Assembly: GCA_951406725.2 (NCBI GenBank)
Contig: OX597819.1
Coordinates: 55,490,001 to 55,554,000 of the forward strand
Source: Octopus vulgaris
Lineage: Eukaryota
Direction of reading: 5' to 3'
Length of the DNA: 64,000 nucleotides
In this document: in pieces, positions 32,673 to 46,505 of the stretch
Numbering within the stretch: position 1 is the stretch's first letter
Layout of the letters: the number at the start of each line of letters is the position of its first letter
Position numbers and translations under genes: made by a program
The notes under the pieces: generated by a model
What the model was told of the DNA's origin: nothing
The model's database searches: none
Seen by the model: the letters and a program-made list of their open reading frames with translations, nothing else

Positions 32673-35600
32673 CATTGTTTTAACATGGTGCACAAACTTT
32701 TTCCTCGACCTAATAGAAACAATGGAGATTCTACAGTAACTGTGATATTCAAGGACAGACAAGCTGCACAGCAGTTAGGGTATCTAGAAACCTTTCAAAT
32801 AAAAAGATACTCTTCAATGTGGAAAATGGTACTTCTAAGATAATTGCAGCTCAAAAGAATCAGGGTACTCATCCTGTAGATATTGGCAACAAACAAATAG
32901 ATGAAACTATTCTACTTCATCTCAAAATATTTCCATAATCTTTGACTTAAATTATCAAAGTTTATAAATCACACCCACAACTAAAATACATCATATAAAA
33001 AAAAAATACAGTATATAGTTTTTGCTTGTGAAATTTTCCAAATGAAAACCAATACATGAGCAGATCTTTACTAAGATAGCCTTTCACAATAAGAATTGTG
33101 TTGTAGGGGAAAAGGGCTTTTTGGCACAATGGCCTATTACATCTCTTTTTATGGAGAGACAATCATAATCATTGAGAAAGGAATATATCTGTGCTATTCA
33201 AGATCAATAAAGCTCATACAAAGTATGTGCATGAAAATAGGTGTTACCAATACATATTTGCCTCTTATGATTAACAGAAGCACCAAGTTCTCAAACAAGA
33301 CATGAACATAACAAGAAATTGTATTTATTGCAACCTTGCAATAATATTGAGAAGTGATTAAATACAATATTTTTGTACTCTTTTACTTGTTTCAGTAATT
33401 TTGACTGTGGTCATGCTGAAGCACCACCTTTAGTCGAGCAAATCGACCCTAAGACTTATTCTTTGGAAGCCTAGTACTTATTCTATCGGTCTCTTTTGCC
33501 GAACTGCTAAGTTACGGGGATGTAAACACACCACCATCGGTTGTCAAGCGATGTTGGGGGGAGAAACACAGACACACAAACATACACACACATACATACA
33601 TATATACAACGGGCTTCTTTCAGTTTCCGTCAACCAAATCCACTCACAAGGCTTTGGTCGGCCCAAGGTGATACGCAGTGGGACTGAACCCGGAACCATG
33701 TGGTTGGTAAGCAAGCTACTTACCACACAGCCACTCCTGTGCCTATATATAAAAATTCATATCACTTATAATATAGTTTGCCCATCCTTTATAGTTTTCT
33801 TTCCTGGGCTGCCTCAAAATACCGACGCTGTCACTTAGTCACATTTATATGAATTTAGTCTCATCCCATGTAGATTTCTTTTGGCAGCTGGAACGAAGGA
33901 TGAAACTTACTGTATTCATTGTGACATAATTCATGAGGATCCATTTGTTTCTTCCCCAGCTGCCAAATGAAATTAGGAGACTCATTAAAATTCTTTCCTA
34001 CTCTAGGCATGAGGTTCAGAATTTTGGGGGAGGGGGCCATTCGATTAGATTGACCCCAGTATGCAACTGGTACTTAATTTATCGAACCCAAAAGGATGAA
34101 AGGCAAAGTCAACCTCAGTGGAATTTGAACTCAGAACGTAAAGACAGACGAAATACCACTAAGCATTTCACTCAGCGTGCTAACGTTTCTTATTTCTTTA
34201 CTACCCACAAGGGGCTACACACAGAGAGGACAAACAAGGACAGACAAATGGATTAAGTCGATTATATCGACCCCAGTGCATAACTGGTACTTATTTAATC
34301 GACCCTGAAAGGATGAAAGGCAAAGTCGACCATGGCGGAATTTGAACTCAGAACGTAGCGGCAGATGAAATACCGCTAAGCATTTCACCTGGTGTGCTAA
34401 CGTTTCTGCCAGCTCACCGCCTTGAGACTCATTAAAATTAAATGAGCACATGTGTTCCAAGGAACAAATTCTTTGACATAATGTACAAAAATGGTTCATG
34501 GTTTCACAATGAGACTAATTACATACAGAAATGAATTCATATATTTCTTGGTCTTTTTTAGAAACATAAAAATAAATGGATTTTAAAATGCCAAAGAAAG
34601 ACAGACAATACACTGCAGCCCTGCAGTACCTTCTTTGCTTACAGATTTTGCAGCAGAACTTGCTCATCAAACATGGGCAGGATTGGCCATGCGAGAAGCT
34701 GCTGGAAGAAGACTATGAGTACCTAAGACATTCCCTGCTGCTTAGACGGTCTGTCAAGATGTAAAGATCCACTTATGCACGCATATGCTTGCATGTGTGA
34801 GAATATTAACTCAAATACATTTAATAATTAAATATACAAGGAAGAGTTATGACAATATATTAGTAGATGAAAAGCAGAAAAAACAACAATGTCACACACA
34901 TACACACAAAAAGATATTCCAAATATAATTTCATAGACCATTATCATTATTTGTGGAGGCGCATTGGCCCAGTGGATAGGGCAGCGAACTAGCAGTCAGA
35001 GGATCACGGTTTTGATTCCCAGACCAGGGGTTTTGTGTGTTTATTGAGCAAAAACACCTAAAGCTCCACGAGACTCCAGCAGAGGGTGGTGGCGACCCCT
35101 GTTGTACTCTTTCGCCCCAACTTTCTCTCACTCTCTTCCTGTTTCTTGGGTAACGCTGCGATGGACTGGTGTCCCATCCAGCTGGGGGGGAACACATATG
35201 CCACAGAAACTGGGAAACTGGGCCCATGAGCCTGGCTAGGCTTGAAAAGGGTGCATAAATAAATAAATAAATAAATAATTATCATTATTGTACATCTTCT
35301 CATACTACCGACAGAACAAAGTGAGTTATTTTCTACGTTCTAGTATAAGCCGGTTTCTCTACTACATGTCTTTCAGATCATATCTCCATATTTTATTTTC
35401 CCTCCACTGAGTCATTTACTTTCAATTTAAGATTAAGAGTTAAAAATAAAAAAATGGACAATACAAGCATTTATTCCAGAAATGAAACACTAGAAAGGTG
35501 AAGTCAGTTATGACAAATTTATTAGATTTAGAATCTAATGAACAACTAGATATAAATTCATTGTTACTTCTACAATGAAGAGCTGTGTGGTAAGAAGCCT

Positions 35601-37954
35601 GCTTCCAAACCACATGGTTCTAGGTCCAGTCCCACTGTATGGTACCTTGGGCAAGTGTCTTTTACTATAACCTCAGTCTGACTAAAGCCTTGTGAGTGGA
35701 TTTGGTAGGTGGAAAATGAAAGAATCTCATTCTGTGTGTGTGTGTGTGTGTGTATGTCTTTGTGATTGTCCTTACGTCGGGCGAAATACTTAGTTCAGTA
35801 TTTCAGTTCGGCAAAAGAGACCGATAGAATAAGTACTAGGCTTACAAAGAATAAGTCCTGGGGTCGATTTGCTCGACTAAAGGCGGTGCTCCAGCATGGC
35901 CAAAGTCAAATTACTGAAACAAGTAGGAGAGAGAGAGTACCTCCATAAACCTGTTATGTCTAGATCTTCTCTAATGAGAAAAAAATTGACCAGGAACTGG
36001 ACAGTGAAGAGGAAGAATGACAGGAGGCTCTACATCTGCCACACTCTTGCGGGGCCTCAGGATCAATGGCACTACTTATATCAAAGTGCCGGACATTATG
36101 GTCAAGTCCTGAACCAAGTGGTGGTTTAGGTAAGCCTGTATGTTTCAGAAGGATGGTTAACTATTACATAGGCCTCAATATCCAGAGCTGATTGTCCCAG
36201 AATTTTCATAATCATGGTGTCGGTGGCACGTAAAAACCACCAACTGATCGTAGCTGTTGCTAGCCTCCCCTGGCACCTGTGCCGGTGGCACATAAAAGCA
36301 CCATCCATACATGGTCGATGCCAGCGCCACCTTGACTGGCTTCCGTGCCGGTGGCATGTAAAAAGCACCCACTACACTCATGGAGTAGTTGGAGTTAAGA
36401 AGGGCGTCCAGCTGTAGAAACACTGCCAGATCAGACTGGAGCCTGGTACAGCCTCCTGGTTCCCAGACTCTGGTCCAACCGTCCAATCCATGCTATGACA
36501 GACGGACGTTAAACGATGATGATGATGACTGCCAACATGTGGGTTCTGAGTACTCCTGATTGACTACATTTAAGGAGTCATCAAGAGGAAGACCAACCAG
36601 TGGCCATGCAATAACAAGGACTTGCTGACAGCTACTTTTCTGACATGAAGAGCATTCAGTTGTTTCTGCAGTCTCACTGAAACTGGGAGCAGTTTTACTG
36701 AAACAGTTGAACATTTTCTTAAACAATATATCGTTTTCTAGTATTAAATCTCTGTTTTTCCTTATATTTTATTCAATTCTCAGTTATTTATTACATCCTA
36801 TATTTTTTATTGTGACTGATCTCACTCTATCTAGAATTAAAAGAAGCATCTACATCACTTCCATTCATGATATACTATTTATGTAAATAGATGTATGGTT
36901 AAGCAGTTTGCTTCCCACTCATGTGGTTTCATGTGCAGTCCTATATAATGGCACCTTGGACAAGTGTCTACTAAAGCTCTGGGCCACACAAAGCCTTGAA
37001 AATGGATTTGGTAGCGAGAAATGGAAAGAAGCCCATCATATGTGTAGATCTCCTTGCTTTGACATCATGTAATAGTTACAAAGAAGTTTCCCTATCATAC
37101 AAGCAATGTCCAGTGTTTTCAATCTTCTGTGGAAAGATGTCTAATCATGGGGTAATATTGTCTTGCATAGGAACAAGTGAAGGTTAGTGAGTTTAGCAAT
37201 AGAAAGGAAATTCGATCATAGAAAATCTGCATCAGTGAATTTTAAAATGATAACGATGAAATCTAAACTTTGGAAGCCAAGAACTTAAATATCTTATTTA
37301 AAATGATTGCAGCAAAAGACTGAGAGAGTGACAAAATTTGGCTGTGACATCATCAATGAACACTTCAACAATGACATAGTTAAAGGACTGGACAGAAGGT
37401 TTGAAAATACAATATATATATATATCAGAGGGAGATGAGAAATCATCCCAACTGAAACTAGCAAGAACACCAGATGCATTCTGGCCTTTTTGGGCCTTGT
37501 CCGTAACATCCTCAGGCTAGATATTGTGAACAGCCACTGAGCTAAATAAATAATCTGGTAAGACCAAAATGCATCTGATATTCTTGCTAACAACAGCCAA
37601 AATGATTTTCCATCTTACAATAAACATATGTATACATGCTATGTTTTTAACCACAGCATATCCACAATAGATTTTTATCTCAAGTGAAAACTGCAGTAAC
37701 TTCATGTTTGTGGATGGTGTTTGTCAAGTATGATATATAGAAAGCTCTTTAACCTGTCCAGTTTTCAGCTGCTACTAGAGATTGTTCTTTTTGCATTATA
37801 TTACAATAGAAAAAAAGGAATTCTGAAATAAGGCAACAGAAATAAACTTTAGCAAGAAGTATTTAAAATAAAACATTCATCTTGGTGATCACTGCTAAGT
37901 CTACAAAGAATTTAATTTCTCACATTTGCTGTTGAAAGTTTATTAAATACTTAC

Positions 37955-38493
37955 CTTTATTTGTTCTGAAGCTACATCTTTAGTGAGTATCATATGTCCA
38001 GCATGTTTGCCAATGCCATCACAAACACAGAGAGGACATGCCAAAGTCTTACAAGAATCACAAAATACACTGGTCATTTCAGACTTATGATCACCACAAA
38101 ATATTGGCTTGTTTTCTACTGTATTTTTAAAAGCTTTACAAATCCGGTGGTGACTCAGCGATCCCCTGCGGGGATGAAATTTGTCTAAACAATCCTGACA
38201 ATAAAGCACTGTACATTGTTGACAAAACCATTCAGCTTTGGCACAGAATTTACCTTCACATAACTCACAAAATTCTTTAGATTCTTCTGAAATTCCTGGA
38301 ACATTCAAATCTTCTTTATTTAAAAGAAATTGTGATTTTGAAGATAAATTATGGCTTTTGCTCTTCATCAAAGAATTGCTACAGATTTCTTGAAAGCGAA
38401 TTACTATGTTTTCCAAAGCCAAATTTCGTGGTAATGTATCAATGTTATTTTGTGACAAAAGCAAGGGGTTTCGACAGGTTGGACAGCAAGTCT
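37955..38493 (-). CDS. TRIM exon: RING end, B-box1, B-box2
   Basis: ttacag acceptor, gtaagt donor. Encodes ETCCPTCR...LPRNLALENIVIRFQE, B-box1 CELCEG...CQQCTVLYCQDCLDKFHPRRGSLSHH and B-box2 CGDH...FCDSCKTLACPLC...HAGH. Confidence 0.95.
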
Positions 38494-40509
38494 CTGTAAG
38501 TAAGGGGAGAAAAAAAATATGTGATTAAATACAAAGTACAACTTTGTGTTACAGTGGAAATTTAAGCCCCTGGAAATACACACATTTTAATATTAGTCAT
38601 CTATTTCATGTTGTGAGAGATATTTTGAAAGGCTGCTCTCTCAAGCATACACAGTGTTCCTATATCTATTGTTCTAACATTATAGTGTCCAGGAGAATTT
38701 AATTGTAATCATGTTTGCTTTTGTTTCTGATAGCATGAGTCACATATGAAATAATCACTACATTACATAAGTGATAAAATCAAAGCTTCCCATATGTACA
38801 GACAAATGCACACGCACGCACACAGAGTAAAAACTTAATTTCACCATGTTAATACATCAAGACACACCAGCAGTTATGGAATTTAGGTCAAAGGCCAAAG
38901 GATGAAATATTTACTTTAAGGATATCTGGAATATTTGTTGTATGAAATGATGGAAAATAACATTACAATAGTATCATGACAGGATTAGACTAAAAATAAA
39001 TAAAGAAATAAAACTAAGCAACCCAAATATTTATCACAGAAAAACTACAAGGCAGAAAGTTGAAGTTTGAAATTAGATTTACAATCTAATGAACGGTTTG
39101 TCAATTACATAATCTATATTATTGCTTGCCTATTGAATCAATGATCTTTCTTTCAAATCTTATTTTGTTTTGGGGACAGTATGCACAAACATCCAAGATT
39201 ACATCTAGAAGAGGCCCAGCCAATGGATTCATATCAAGTTACTCACAGGTACATTCCACCCTCTAGCCCCCATGAATGCATTGTTTTCTTTCTCTACCTT
39301 TTCTACTACTACTATAATGGAACTCTGCTCTTTGTCACTGATTAGGCTCATCTCAGCTCCACTAAAGCATTTCTTTTCCACTCTCTCCATTCCTCCCATC
39401 ATTCTTGTTTGTCCAACCCCTAGACCTTGCACTAATCACTACACTCAGTCCTTCCTTTCCAGAACACTGACATTCTGCAACTCCTCCCTCCTTATTTCTT
39501 TCCTGTAAATGTCGACTTACAAAGATACAAATGGAGTATTAATGACATCAATCCCACTGCTCTGAGAGTCTGTGAAGGCCATAAGCACTTCCCATTTCTC
39601 CAGACTCAGCTATTAAAAGATGAAATTCAGTAATGAGATATATGGTGCATTCATCACCATGTTCAATGCAAGTTCCCTTGTTTTGGTACCTCAGTTTCTG
39701 ATGGAGTTATGACATGTAACAGGTCTTGGGTATTTTAAACCTGGAGGAATCATCTATCTCCAGATCAGAACAGAGGTGATTTCTTCCAGTGTCACTGGTA
39801 CTTTATTTGCTGACCTAAAAAATATAAAACAAAGTTCAGCTCAGAACACAGAGAGCTGAATGAAATCTGCAATGCATATAATCCAATGCTCTGGTGGCAG
39901 TTACCTCAACAGCTTAACTGAAAGTTGCTGACAGATGAATCCAAATAAAGAGTGCTGGCAAAACTGTTAGCATGCTGGGCAAAATGCTTAGTATTTTGTC
40001 CATCTTTAAATCCTGTGTTCAAATATCATTGAGGTTGACTTTGCCTTTCATCCTTTCAGGGTTGATAAAATAAGTACCAGTTGAGCACTGGGATTTATGC
40101 AATCAACATAACTACTCCTGGCTGTGAGTATAAAAACTGATGCCCTCTGCCAAGCTGTGTCGAGCCAGTGTGGCTAAGTAAACTCATCAAACCAGTATGA
40201 TCTCAAGCTCAAATTCATGGCCTTCACATGGACTGTGGTTGGTGAAGAGAACATACTGAGGCCCTTGTCCTGAAATGGGCTGGACATGGACAATCCAATC
40301 CAATCCAATCCAAGGGAGCAGATATTTAATCAATTCTCTTACACTATTATAGAAATCTACCCAGTTTAGTTTGCATATACAAATGTGTTCCCTTGGTATT
40401 GCGGCCTGCTTAATAAAATTCCTCCCAAATAAAATAACTATGGTGCCACATGTAAAGAATGATTCAATCAAAAATAGACCAAAATGAACTATGGAAATAT
40501 TTCTCTTAC

Positions 40510-40642
40510 CTTCTCGTCCAAGTTGGCCGTCAGATGCTACTAAATCTCGCAAACATTTTTTACATATGCTGTGTGAACACGGCAACAGTAAAGGATCTGC
40601 AAAGAGCTCCAGACAAACAGGACAAGATAATTCCTCCTCCAT
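40510..40642 (-). CDS. TRIM E3 ubiquitin ligase (TRIM9/36/46/MID-like N-terminus), RING exon
   Basis: [30 protein letters not shown] is the first part of a C3HC4 RING. Donor gtaaga after 40510 (phase 1). An acceptor (tgatacag) puts the exon start at 40662, so upstream exon(s) exist. Confidence 0.93.
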
Positions 40643-43600
40643 TACAGTGCAGGAAAACAGGTCTGTATCAAACAAGAATATGTAAAAAGGAATTGTTACA
40701 TTATTTAAATTACTTTTAGATGTGAAAAATCAAGTTGCTGCCTACATTGGCTAGATTACTTTGAACTTTTAATAACTCACTTCGCAACTTCAAGATTCAG
40801 CTTCCATCTTGCCGTGTGGCACCTTGGGTGAATATCTTCTACTCTAGCCTTAGGCTAACCAATGTCTTGTGAGTGAAATTTAGTAAATGAAAGTGAGCTT
40901 GAGTGGCACAAATGTGAGTGTGCTCCTTTGTTTTCACATTGAAACTGTCGGAGTAACAGTGATGTTTGTTTACATCTTCTATAAGTAATTTGTCCCTTAC
41001 CTTAGCAGTTTTGTTGGTTTGCATATGTGAAAACCAGTGAAAAAGAGTACCTTATTTGAAAAACAAGGGTTGGTAGCAGAATCTTGCTATAGAATACAGC
41101 ATCAATAAGTCTCACACAGCTCATACTGGGATGGTAAAAATCAACATAAAAATGATGATGATGAAAGCTGTGAAAACCTAACTGTTATGCAGTAAGGAGA
41201 AACAGACTCATTACATACCAATAGGTGCCCTACTTTACTCTTTTATAAACTAATTAGAATAACTTACTGCTACTGCTCTTTAATTCAAGCAGCAGTTCTC
41301 TCATTGAACTGATCTGCCATTTATTTATTAATCCTTCTACTTCAGCAGAATTTGAACTCAAAAGGTAACAAGTTGGAAGAAATACAGTTGAGAGTAAACA
41401 TGATAAATTTTGTCCTATTAAAAAATATCTAACTGTTGAAATACCTAACTTTGTTTCAACTGATTTTGAAAATGAAGAATTCAACAAAATATTTGTTATT
41501 ATTAAGTGAAGTTCTGGAACATAAATGAACATGTGATTTCGATGGAAGCTTTTAATTTTAATCACTTTGTAACAGAGTTTGTCTCATTGAACAGGAACTG
41601 TCTCAGGCAGGTTAGTATCAAAAGGGTTAAGCCCGACAATTCAATACCTTTGTTAGCCTGTGTTTCTGGATTCAACCTTATTGCTGGTGAAAGCTTTAAA
41701 ACCTTATACTTACCACACAATCTTAGTTAGTCTCTGCTGCCAACTGTTTTTTTTCTGCTATCTTACACACACAAAATTGCAAATCCAATATATATTCTGA
41801 AATCATTCCTATCCATTTGATGATCTTGCAGTGGACTCTCTCTCTGTTATATATACATAAGTATGGATGTAGTAGATAACAGCTAGCCTTCGGGCACCCT
41901 TTTGTGTCCACTACTCTGATTGGTTGGTATTGGCGCACTTTTGTCTCTTGCTCTGTTACGTGCCAATGTGCAACCCAACCAATCACAGCCTTTTGATAAT
42001 GTCACAAGAGACAGTCTCTTCCAAACATCAGGTGAGCTGATAGCATGGTATAAAATGGTAGCATCGACACCGTTTCAATATCTTTCGGTTCCAGACCTCC
42101 TAAGGTCTAGCCACTGACCACACAGGACACAGCCAGTTCCTGCAACAGCACAACAGCAGCCACATGGAGACGCAACAACACTCGTCCAACCACATATGGC
42201 AGTTTCTTTTTTCGTCACCTCTATCATTTTAACATCGTCAACAACATCTCTCTACATACACAGCAACCAGCAATCCTCGCACAGGTTCTATCTCAACACT
42301 GTTTGTGAATTACTTCACCATGGCTAACAGCAACACGTAACCACTCTGCATTGTAGTCACAACTTCTTGTTACAGCACTTCAACTATCGTGTACCTTGAC
42401 TACGAACTGGTATTTATCATCCTTGTGTCTGAACAGTCTTCTAATGTCCTATTATAAACCCTTTCAATACTCTGTATTTTATGCACACATACACACATAT
42501 TTTGTATACATGATGGCCTATCTATTATTATGTATATATGACACACACACACACACAGGTTAACATATAAATAAAATCTTTCTCTTAAACATTCTACCGG
42601 TTGTGTCTCTCTTTTCCTTCTGGCACTTATATGCATTTATCCTTTTCGTATTCATTGTATCGACTGTGTGATGTACTAAAGGAGCCATTCTCATCACCTC
42701 TCCTTCACACGGTCGTTTACAAAAATCTCTTGAACTCTCTCTGCTCTCCAGTGTTATACTGAACCAGTTTCAATTTGCTTTTCTATATCAAGGAAGAAAC
42801 TCTTTATAATCAACATAGCTAACTGGTCTCTGAGAATCTCCCATTCTTTAACACTAATCACAATATTTTCACAGATCCATTTCAAGTACTAATTGTTGTT
42901 GTTTAACTCCAGATCAGCCAAAATCAAGCAAACTTATGATCCGAGACATTCGAGCCTGAACAATCCTATTGTTTTAAGAATACCCAGGAATACATTATCC
43001 GACGTAACTATACTTTTCAAGACCATATGCGTGATCTGAGTGAGATTTGGCTGCTATTTCTAGCAGGTCTAGCAACCATTTGGAGGCTTACTTCTTGATT
43101 TGTTGAAATTTTTTTTTTTTTTTTTTCAATTATAGCAAGCTGTCTAAACAGTCCCTGATCTTCAACTCATTATGCCTGCTACTAACTGTTCCACTGCATC
43201 TAGAGCATTTTCAAAAATCAAGTTTCATATCAATCTACCAGGAATCCTACCAATTTCCTGCCTACTTACTTGCTATAGCAAAGTAAATTTACTTCTGAGT
43301 TACTTTTAGACTTTTGTGTCCTTTGCTACTTACCTTCATCTTAGTTTGTCATGCTAACCATGTATAATATATATTTAATCCTCTTCTTAATCCTTTTGAA
43401 ATCAACCTGCCTGTGACCACCTCTGGTGCTGTGATACTTTTTGATTCCAAGAGTTCTAAATTAAAACCTTCCATCAAAATTTCATATTAATTTAGGTTCC
43501 AAACACCAGTTTAATAATTACAAAGTATTTTACTAAATTCTTCATTATTTTCGAAATTAAAGTAAAGAGTGTAGAAATTTCTAATTTTTCAAATGGACCA

Positions 43601-43861
43601 GGTATCGGTATAGTAAAGTTGTTTGGAGCAATGATATGAGACTGTGATCAAATGTACTCTAAGAGTGGGGTAAAAATAAAGATACTTAGAAGCATACCTA
43701 GGTGTAGGCATAGCTGTGTGGTGAAAAACTTGCTTCCCAACCACATGGTTCAGGGTTCAGTCCCACTTCATGGCACCTTGGGCAAGTGTCTTCTACTATA
43801 GCCTCAGGCTGATCAAAATCTTGTGAGTGAATCTGGTAGATGGAAACTGAAAGAAGCCCAC

Positions 43862-43893
<32 letters not shown>

Positions 43894-44349
43894 AGACTAG
43901 AATTGGTAGCATACCATGATAATACTACTGGCTATTTGGGAATTCTAAGGGTGAACGAGCTCTATTTGTACTCTAATACATTCTTAATAGAACACACCTC
44001 AACTATATATATATATATAAATATATATATTTGTGTGTTTGTGTCTGTCCTCCCACCATTGCTCGACAACAAATGTTGGTGTGTTTACATCCCTGTAACT
44101 TAGTGGTTCAGCATAAGAGACCAATAGAATAAGTACCAGGCTTACAAAGAATAAGTCCAGGGGTTAATTTCTCAACAAAAAAAGGCGATGCGCCAGACAT
44201 GGCCACAGTCAAAATGACTGAAACAAAATATATAATTGTTAAATTCTAATATGAATTTTGCTGGCAATTTTAAACCTACTTTTAGCTATCTGGTATATGA
44301 TCTGAGAAGCTCTATGTTTAATTCTCTCATTCCCTCTCAAGCTGTAAAG

Positions 44350-44611
44350 TAGTGATTCCTAACTAGGGTCCTAGGGTCCATATGACCTTTGTGGGTCCTT
44401 ATAAGATTTTGCTATCAAAATTTATGTGCAATAAATTGGTTATACTTCTATAATACAAAAATATAACAACACTTTTTTTTATACAATTCCTAATAATATT
44501 TAATCATAAAAATATAAGATTTTTTAAAAATATTGAATGGTTACGAGTGTCCATTCAAGTAAAATACGAATTAAAGAGTGTCCATAGCTGATAAACGGTA
44601 GGGAATCACTG
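44350..44611. mobile_element. hAT-type MITE
   Basis: TIRs TAGTGATTCC and GGAATCACTG; 8-bp TSD CTGTAAAG / CTGTAAAA (7/8). Confidence 0.8.
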
Positions 44612-46352
44612 CTGTAAAACTTAGTATTTTGTAAGACATCATCAGTAGGACAACACAGAGAATTTGTTGTCCTTACCAAGAATTCCAAAAAACATCCACA
44701 ATTAAAGACTTATTACAAAATCAAACTAAATTCCATCCAATGAAACTATTTTGCTCCAAATTTGCCAAGTTGCTTTTCCATTTTCTCCACAACTTAAGCC
44801 TCTGATCAAAGGTTTGTGATCAAACAAGCTTGGAAAATAGATGTTTACATTATAATAAAATAAAATGAATCTATGAAAGCAAACATTTAAAAAGGCTGTT
44901 ACTTACATCTTTTCTTATTGAACCATTTAAGAGAATCAAGTTTTGGTGAGGGTGCTGAAAAAGAACCCAAGCAATCAGTATTAAAAAGGATTTAAAATAT
45001 CCTCCAATTTGTATTAAAAAAAAAAGGGAGAGAAAATGAAAAATCATTAAGCCATTAGCATTCAGCTTACTCTGTGAAACAAAGCTTTTTTAAAAATCAA
45101 TCAATTATCTTGTAACTTAGGGATTTTGAAGATGTAACTGTTTATTTTTGGAATGATATAGCAGGGTATGTGTGAGATGCTAGAATTGGCCAGTCTGAAC
45201 ATAAAATGGGTAGAATATTTGGGCTGGATATGGCTGGTTTAAATGCTAAGGGGCTAATGGAAGAAATTTTAATTCCATGTAAGTTTAACATTGAAAGAAA
45301 TTTACAATGAACAATTAACTGCAAGTTCCTGGTGAAATCTAATAATCACTGTTATTAGTTGTAGCAGTAGTTGAAAATAGTAATTTGAAATATTCAGATA
45401 AATATAGAAAAAATATTTCGTTCATTGGGTGAGTCACATTTGGAATTTACTCACTATAAACCTTTTGTGATCATATTTTGAATGAAATATAGTGCCTAGA
45501 TGTTTCCATTATTTCATTTTAACTAATGAAGGATTTAATCAAATAACTATTACTTGCTACACTTTGGGAGGTTCATACTGTCAATTAAAACATGTACAGT
45601 GAGTGCATTTCATTTCAATTTTATCAATTAGATAAATTAATTTATTAACTGGTTTGTCAATGTTCTTTTGACATAGCATGTAATCTTATCCATGATTATA
45701 TGCCCCTCCTGCAGCTGCACACTACCACACAGTCACGCCTGTGCCACACACACACACAGAGTTCTTTATTTTGAAATGGAACTAATTTTCATATTTATGT
45801 TTGCATTGAAAGTTTGTTTAGAACATAATTCAACATAAGATTCTTAATTATCATCATCGTTTAACGTCCGCTTTCCATGCTAGTAGGGGTTGGACAATTT
45901 GACTGAAGACTGGCGAACCAGATGGCAGCACCAGGCTCCAATCTTGATCTGGCAGAGTTTCTACAGCTGGATGTCCTTTGTAACGCCAATCACTCCGAGA
46001 GTGTAGTGGGTGTTTTTACGTGCCACCGGCATGAGGGTCAGTCAGGTGGTACTGGCAACAGCCACGCTCAAATGGTGATTTTTATGACGAAAAGTATTTA
46101 TCTAGAAATAAATATATTTTAAAATGAGAAATTTTGTTTCAAAGAACTAAGGCTCATCTCTGATTGGTTGGTATCAAAAGAATTAACAACACTGCCACCT
46201 CGTGCTAAGATATCTTTAGTAGAGTTCATTATGCAAGGATTGAGACAAGACACCTGGTTCTTTCCCAGTTTTCTTTTTTTTTTTCTGCATGCAGATACTC
46301 AGAGTGAACAAAGGTCCCATCAAAGCATGAATAGAAATCTTCCTTGACCAAG

Positions 46353-46397
<45 letters not shown>

Positions 46398-46505
46398 AAC
46401 ATCATTTATCATCTGTCTTCTACGCTGGTTTGAGGTGGACATTTTACAGGAGCTGGTAAGCCTGGGGGCTGCACCAAGCTCCACTATCTGATTTGGTATG
46501 TATAT

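Noticed and set aside
39200-39700. Possible old LINE coding remnants (also about 37300-37750 and 49300-49560)
   Set aside because: Composition suggests decayed retro/DNA elements, but no diagnostic motif could be read.
40187-40509. C-terminal part of the 162-aa RING ORF
   Set aside because: Read-through into the intron past the donor at 40509; the RING is completed by the exon starting at 38493.
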